Below are positions 33,581 to 37,764 of a DNA stretch of 37,764 nt, in pieces. A program made the translations under genes and the position numbers. The stretch's first letter is position 1. Every line of letters begins with the position of its first letter. Below the pieces are notes generated by a model, which was not told the origin of the DNA, made no database searches, and was given only the letters and a program-made list of their open reading frames with translations. The DNA is taken from contig JANLWV010000190.1 of assembly GCA_031364765.1 (NCBI GenBank), forward strand, positions 1-37,764, written 5' to 3'. The DNA comes from Vicinamibacteria bacterium (GTDB lineage: Bacteria; Acidobacteriota; Vicinamibacteria; Fen-336; JAGNNV01).

Positions 33581-35542
33581 ATGCCAAGACTCACCCCGCC
33601 GATTCGAATGGCCGCAGTGGCGCTGGGCCTCACCGTCACTTCTCTCGTTTCCCTCGCTTCAGCGCAGGACTTTCGGTACCGGGATGGGCGATTCCTCGAG
33701 ACGATGGGTGGAGTAACGATCCAGCGAGCCGACGAAGCCGGTTCCGATGAGGCCGTACTCAACATGCCATTCCTTCCGGGCGACCGGGTCTGGACCGACG
33801 ATTCGGGCCGGGCCGAGATCGTCTTCGCCGAAGGCGAGGTCCTCTGGATTGCCGAGCGCAGCAAGGTGGACTCTCTCGGGAGGGGCGGCCACGATCAGGA
33901 CGAACGACTGGGCCTGCGCGTCTTCGCGGGTTCATTCGGCGCGCGTGTGCGTTCCGGGGGTCCGGGCTTCGAGTTCCGCGCCCCGGGGGGCAGCGTCACC
34001 ACCACCGGAGCGGCCGCGTTCAGAGTCGACGTGCGAGCCTTTGAGACCGTGATCTCCGTGAGCGAGGGCGAGGTTCTTGCCGATTTTGCGGGCGAGCGAC
34101 TGAGCCTGCGCGACGGCGAGCGCGTGATCTACGCCGATCAGAGGGTCTCTGGCCCTTTCCGATATCAGCGGGCCCATGCCGACGATTTTGACCGCTGGTG
34201 CGACGAGCGTTCCGCAGAACTGAACCGGATAGCCCGCAATCACGATCGACTCCCGGACGAACTCGACGGCTACGGAGATGAGCTCGACCGAAATGGGGAA
34301 TGGGTCTACGACGAACCCCAGGGCTACGTCTACGTGCCCCGGGTCGCCTACGACTGGGCGCCCTACACCTACGGCCGCTGGGTTTACACGCTCTACGGCT
34401 GGACCTGGGTGGCCGACGAACCCTGGGGCTTTGTGACGTCGCACTATGGCCGCTGGGGCTATTCGTCAGGAATTGGCTGGCACTGGATGCCGCGGCTTGG
34501 TTTTTCGGCCGCGTGGGTCTCGTGGTCATCGCCGGTCGGGAGGTGGAGCAACACCATCGGGTGGTGCGCCCTCGGCTTCAACGATCGTCCGGTGGGTTCA
34601 TTAGCCTACGGAACGGGCGGACGCGCGTTTGGGCACGGCGATGCCCGCTCGCCTACTTCGGGTCGCGGTTGGTCGTTTACCAATCGCTCCGACATGGGCC
34701 GCGCCCAAATCCACCGTCGTCGCGTGGACGTGCCGGTGGATGAGGCGCAGCGCGCCGTCGTCTGGAATCCGGGCGTCGCTCCGGATCGGGAGTTTCGCGA
34801 AACCAGAAGGGCCTCGGAAGGCCGCGCGGGCCAAGGCTCCGGACTGGCCGAGGCCGCCTCGGCGGTAAGGCGTGGCGGGGGCCGCTCGGGTGGAGGGTCC
34901 GACGGCGCGCCACGGATCTACGTCCGCCCTTCCCCGGGCGACAGCACGCCGGAGCTTCGGTCTGACCCGACCACAACCATACCAACCCCCGAGTCCCGGA
35001 GGCGTCGGGGAATCGGCCAGGACGGTTTCAAGGACGAACAGGATAATGCTCGCAGCCGGGCGAGACCCAGTGACTTAAGCTCCTCGATCGGCGCATCGGC
35101 TTCATCGCCGGCCGCCGATTCGGCCCGGCCGCGTCAGGCCGACCGTTTGACCCCCGAGTCCCAGCTCGGACCCAGAAACGACTCGGCACGGCCAGAGAGC
35201 AGCCGCGAGCGTCCGGCCAGCGATCCGTTGCTGAACCGCTTCTTCCGGTCGATCACTCGTCCAAACTCCACGGAAGGTGAGCCCGCGCCCCCACGGGGCG
35301 ATGCCGCTTCGGCCCGCAGGAGAGACCCCCCGCCGCGCGACGACCCACAAGCCCGGGAAAGCAGCCCGCCACCCGAGCGGTCGAGACCCGCGCCAGTGAG
35401 ACCCGGCGCCGAGGGCCGGGAGAGATCTCGCCCCGAAGGAGTCGAGAGATCGCAGCCGAAAAACCCGCCGCCGAGCACCTCTCCTCAGGGCGGATCATCG
35501 GACGATCGCGCGACCAGGCGTCGGCCTCCGCAGGAGCACTGA
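33581..35542 (+). CDS. FecR-domain / DUF6600-like secreted protein with a long Arg/Pro/Ser-rich disordered C-terminus
   Basis: ATG 33581 (GGGAG 10 nt upstream) gives the signal peptide MPRLTPPIRMAAVALGLTVTSLVSLASAQ. FecR-like beta segments are present (VTIQRADE...LPGDRVWTDDSGRAEIVFAEGEVLWI). The Trp/Tyr-rich module (GEWVYDEPQGYVYVPRVAYDWAPYTYGRWVYTLYGWTWVADEPWGFVTSHYGRWGY) matches my memory of DUF6600. The last ~250 aa are low-complexity. The ORF is open from 33497. Confidence 0.72.
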   Translation: MPRLTPPIRMAAVALGLTVTSLVSLASAQDFRYRDGRFLETMGGVTIQRADEAGSDEAVLNMPFLPGDRVWTDDSGRAEIVFAEGEVLWIAERSKVDSLGRGGHDQDERLGLRVFAGSFGARVRSGGPGFEFRAPGGSVTTTGAAAFRVDVRAFETVISVSEGEVLADFAGERLSLRDGERVIYADQRVSGPFRYQRAHADDFDRWCDERSAELNRIARNHDRLPDELDGYGDELDRNGEWVYDEPQGYVYVPRVAYDWAPYTYGRWVYTLYGWTWVADEPWGFVTSHYGRWGYSSGIGWHWMPRLGFSAAWVSWSSPVGRWSNTIGWCALGFNDRPVGSLAYGTGGRAFGHGDARSPTSGRGWSFTNRSDMGRAQIHRRRVDVPVDEAQRAVVWNPGVAPDREFRETRRASEGRAGQGSGLAEAASAVRRGGGRSGGGSDGAPRIYVRPSPGDSTPELRSDPTTTIPTPESRRRRGIGQDGFKDEQDNARSRARPSDLSSSIGASASSPAADSARPRQADRLTPESQLGPRNDSARPESSRERPASDPLLNRFFRSITRPNSTEGEPAPPRGDAASARRRDPPPRDDPQARESSPPPERSRPAPVRPGAEGRERSRPEGVERSQPKNPPPSTSPQGGSSDDRATRRRPPQEH

Positions 35543-35576
35543 GCAAACACTCCCGCCGCCGTAGAGTAGCGGGCGA

Positions 35577-37764
35577 ATGACCCTCGGCTTCAGGCAACTC
35601 CAGACGCTCGTCTGGCAGAATCGCGCGCCCCTTCTGGTGGCGGGATGCATCGTGGTCGGCTCGTTTGTGGGTGCGCTGATGGCGGTCGGCGGCGATCTGC
35701 CCCAAGTCGAGCAGCTCGAGGAACTGAAACCCAACATCGTCACGCAGGTCTTCGCGGGCGATGGATCGATTCTGGGCGAGTTCGCGATCGAGAAACGCGT
35801 TCTCATCAGATACGAAGAGATCCCTGAAGTTCTGCGCAACGCGATCATCGCCACCGAAGACGAAAACTTCTTCAATCACATCGGCATCAATCTCTGGCGA
35901 ATCCCCGGCGCGCTCTGGGCGAACGTCAGATCGGGTCGCAAGAACCAGGGATTCTCCACCCTCACTATGCAGTTGTCCCGTCTGCTCTTCCTGTCTCCCC
36001 AAAAGACCTACGAGCGGAAGCTGCGGGAGATTCTTCTGGCTCTCGAGATCGAACGCCGTTTCACCAAGAAAGAGATCTTCACTCTGTATTGCAACCTGGT
36101 GAATTTCGGGCACGGCAACTACGGTGTCGAGGCGGCGAGTCGTTTTTATTTCGGAAAGTCAGCAAAGGATCTGAACCTCGAAGAAGCGGCCCTCATTGCC
36201 GGCGTCCCTCAGAGTCCAACCCGGCTCTCACCCCTCGACCACCCTGAAGCAGCACTCCGGCGCCGGAATCACGCCCTGGATCGGATGGCGGCGGAGAACT
36301 ACATCACGCCCGCAAAGGCTCAGGTCGCCCAGTATCAGCCGCTGGGCGTCACCGCACGTCGTTCTCCTTCATCCATTGCCCCGTACTTCCTTGAAGAGGT
36401 GCGCAAGACGCTGGAGCGAGACTACGGGTTCTCCGGGATCTACCGCGCCGGCCTCAAGGTCTACACCACCCTTGATCCCAAGCTACAGGAGGCCGCGAAT
36501 CGCGCCGTTCGGGACGGAATCCTGAGGAACGACCGGGCCGCCCGCGGCTTCAGACCGGTTCGCGAATCCGCGTTGAAGGACGGGGCAATTCCCCCTGGAT
36601 TCAGTCTCGCCGACTGGCGTCAACCCGTGGGTGCGGGTGAAGTGGTGCGAGGCGTGGTCACGTCGGCGGGCAAGGACATGGCCATCCTCAGGATCGGTGA
36701 AACCGAAGGCCGGCTCCCCGCGAAGGCGGTTTCGTGGACGGGCCGATCGCGCGTGTCCGATGTAGTCAAGACCGGCGACATCGTGCTGGTGCGAATCGTC
36801 AAGCTCGAGGGCACGAGCGAAAGGCGCGTGGCGGAGGTGGCGCTCGAGCAGGAACCGGAGGCCGAATCCGCCTTCCTGGCCATGGAGACAAGATCCGGAG
36901 CGGTTCGAGCGATGGTGGGAGGGTTCGACTTCGAACGCAGCAAGTTCAACCGGGCGGTTCAGGCTCATCGCCAGACGGGCTCCATTTTCAAGGCGATCGT
37001 CTATTCCGCCGCGGTCGAGAGTCTCGGCTGGGGACCAGACACTCTCATTGTCGATTCACCTATCACCTTCACCTCGGCCGGTTCGCCGACCTGGTCGCCC
37101 CACAACTACGATATGAAATTTGTGGGCTCGATGACGGTTCAGGAGGCGGTGGAAGGGAGTCGAAACATTCCGGCGATCAAGACACTCCAGGCCATCGGGA
37201 TCGAGAAAGGCATTGAGTTCGCGAGGAAGCTCGGGCTCAAGGACGAACTGCCGCCCTACTTGCCTATCGCCATTGGGGCCGGGGAAGCGACGCTCGACGA
37301 GATGGTCGCCGCCTTCGGCGCGATCGCGAATGAAGGCCTGCGCATGACCCCCATGCTGATCACCAGGATCACCGACAGCGAAGGCAACGTCCTCGAAGAG
37401 TCCCTGCCCGAGGCCCACGATGCGCTGAGACCCGAAACCGCGGCCACGATGGCCAACATCCTGCGCGGGGTGGTCGAGCGCGGCACCGCGGTGAGAGCCA
37501 AGTCGCTCGGCCGCCCCCTGTGCGGGAAGACGGGCACGACCGACAACTGGAGTGACACCTGGTTCGTGGGTTTCGAGCGGGAGCTGGTGGCGGGCGTTTG
37601 GAGCGGTTTCGACGACAAAAGGAAGTCGTTGGGTCGAGGGCAGGATGGCGCGCGGACCTCGCTGCCCATCTTCATCGACTTCTGGAAAGAAGCGATCAAA
37701 CAGCTTCCAAAGGAGCAGGCCTTCCCCCCGCCTGGTCGACGAGGGCGTTCGGCAGAGGCGGGGG
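35577..37764 (+). CDS. class A penicillin-binding protein (bifunctional glycosyltransferase/transpeptidase, PBP1A family), 3'-truncated by the window edge
   Basis: Not in the ORF track because it has no stop in the window. My translation from ATG 35577 (first start after the in-frame TAG at 35562) gives a TM anchor, GT51 motifs (ATEDENFFNHIG, GFSTLTMQL, RKLREILLALEIE, KKEIFTLYCN) and transpeptidase motifs (QTGSIFK, SRN, KTGTTDN). Confidence 0.93.
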   Translation, partial: MTLGFRQLQTLVWQNRAPLLVAGCIVVGSFVGALMAVGGDLPQVEQLEELKPNIVTQVFAGDGSILGEFAIEKRVLIRYEEIPEVLRNAIIATEDENFFNHIGINLWRIPGALWANVRSGRKNQGFSTLTMQLSRLLFLSPQKTYERKLREILLALEIERRFTKKEIFTLYCNLVNFGHGNYGVEAASRFYFGKSAKDLNLEEAALIAGVPQSPTRLSPLDHPEAALRRRNHALDRMAAENYITPAKAQVAQYQPLGVTARRSPSSIAPYFLEEVRKTLERDYGFSGIYRAGLKVYTTLDPKLQEAANRAVRDGILRNDRAARGFRPVRESALKDGAIPPGFSLADWRQPVGAGEVVRGVVTSAGKDMAILRIGETEGRLPAKAVSWTGRSRVSDVVKTGDIVLVRIVKLEGTSERRVAEVALEQEPEAESAFLAMETRSGAVRAMVGGFDFERSKFNRAVQAHRQTGSIFKAIVYSAAVESLGWGPDTLIVDSPITFTSAGSPTWSPHNYDMKFVGSMTVQEAVEGSRNIPAIKTLQAIGIEKGIEFARKLGLKDELPPYLPIAIGAGEATLDEMVAAFGAIANEGLRMTPMLITRITDSEGNVLEESLPEAHDALRPETAATMANILRGVVERGTAVRAKSLGRPLCGKTGTTDNWSDTWFVGFERELVAGVWSGFDDKRKSLGRGQDGARTSLPIFIDFWKEAIKQLPKEQAFPPPGRRGRSAEAG

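Overview
This is a GC-rich, gene-dense chromosomal segment, most plausibly from an Acidobacteriota-like genome. That assignment is inference, not a search result: a PadR regulator translationally coupled to an ~860-aa ADOP/MacB-type duplicated-FtsX permease is typical of that phylum. I can support 32 protein-coding loci, one gene remnant, one tRNA-Ala(GGC) and several non-coding repeats or regulatory candidates. One coding locus is interrupted by an in-frame stop and one is apparently frameshifted at its 5' end. I saw no rRNA, CRISPR array, transposase or integrase. Left to right the window holds: an NtrC-type sigma-54 response regulator; an RND efflux operon (adaptor plus a 1477-codon ORF fusing an AcrB-like pump in frame to a TolC-like outer-membrane factor); a Tat-signal dienelactone hydrolase; a PyrE-like phosphoribosyltransferase; a YafY/WYL regulator; the 3' remnant of a TonB-dependent receptor; a lipoprotein; ADOP permease + PadR; TetR + FtsX permease + ABC ATPase + HlyD adaptor; an MtfA-like peptidase; a small NFACT-R/DUF814 protein; tRNA-Ala; LOG; a CDGSH Fe-S protein; YgfZ; MFS; HAD; 2-oxoacid dehydrogenase E1alpha/E1beta/E2 + lipB; DUF2752; gatC-gatA; DUF2062; thiL; a PorV/FadL-like OMP; a FecR/DUF6600 protein; and a class A PBP that runs off the right edge. 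The four best leads are as follows. (1) The pump-OMF single-ORF fusion has an internal signal-peptide-like segment. (2) A 29-bp palindromic motif (TATGAC-N7-GTCATA core) occurs twice with identical arms and a different spacer, once upstream of the efflux operon and once in the WYL regulator promoter, bracketing an 8.4-kb block. (3) A 210-bp palindromic MITE-like element sits exactly between two convergent genes, supplies both stop codons within CTAG termini, and has a strand-asymmetric G.U pattern. (4) Two independent lesions fall in one lipoate-dependent dehydrogenase operon: a TAA at a conserved Tyr codon of E1beta and an A-run frameshift at the lipB start. None of these is proven, and all need database searches and experiments that I cannot run here.
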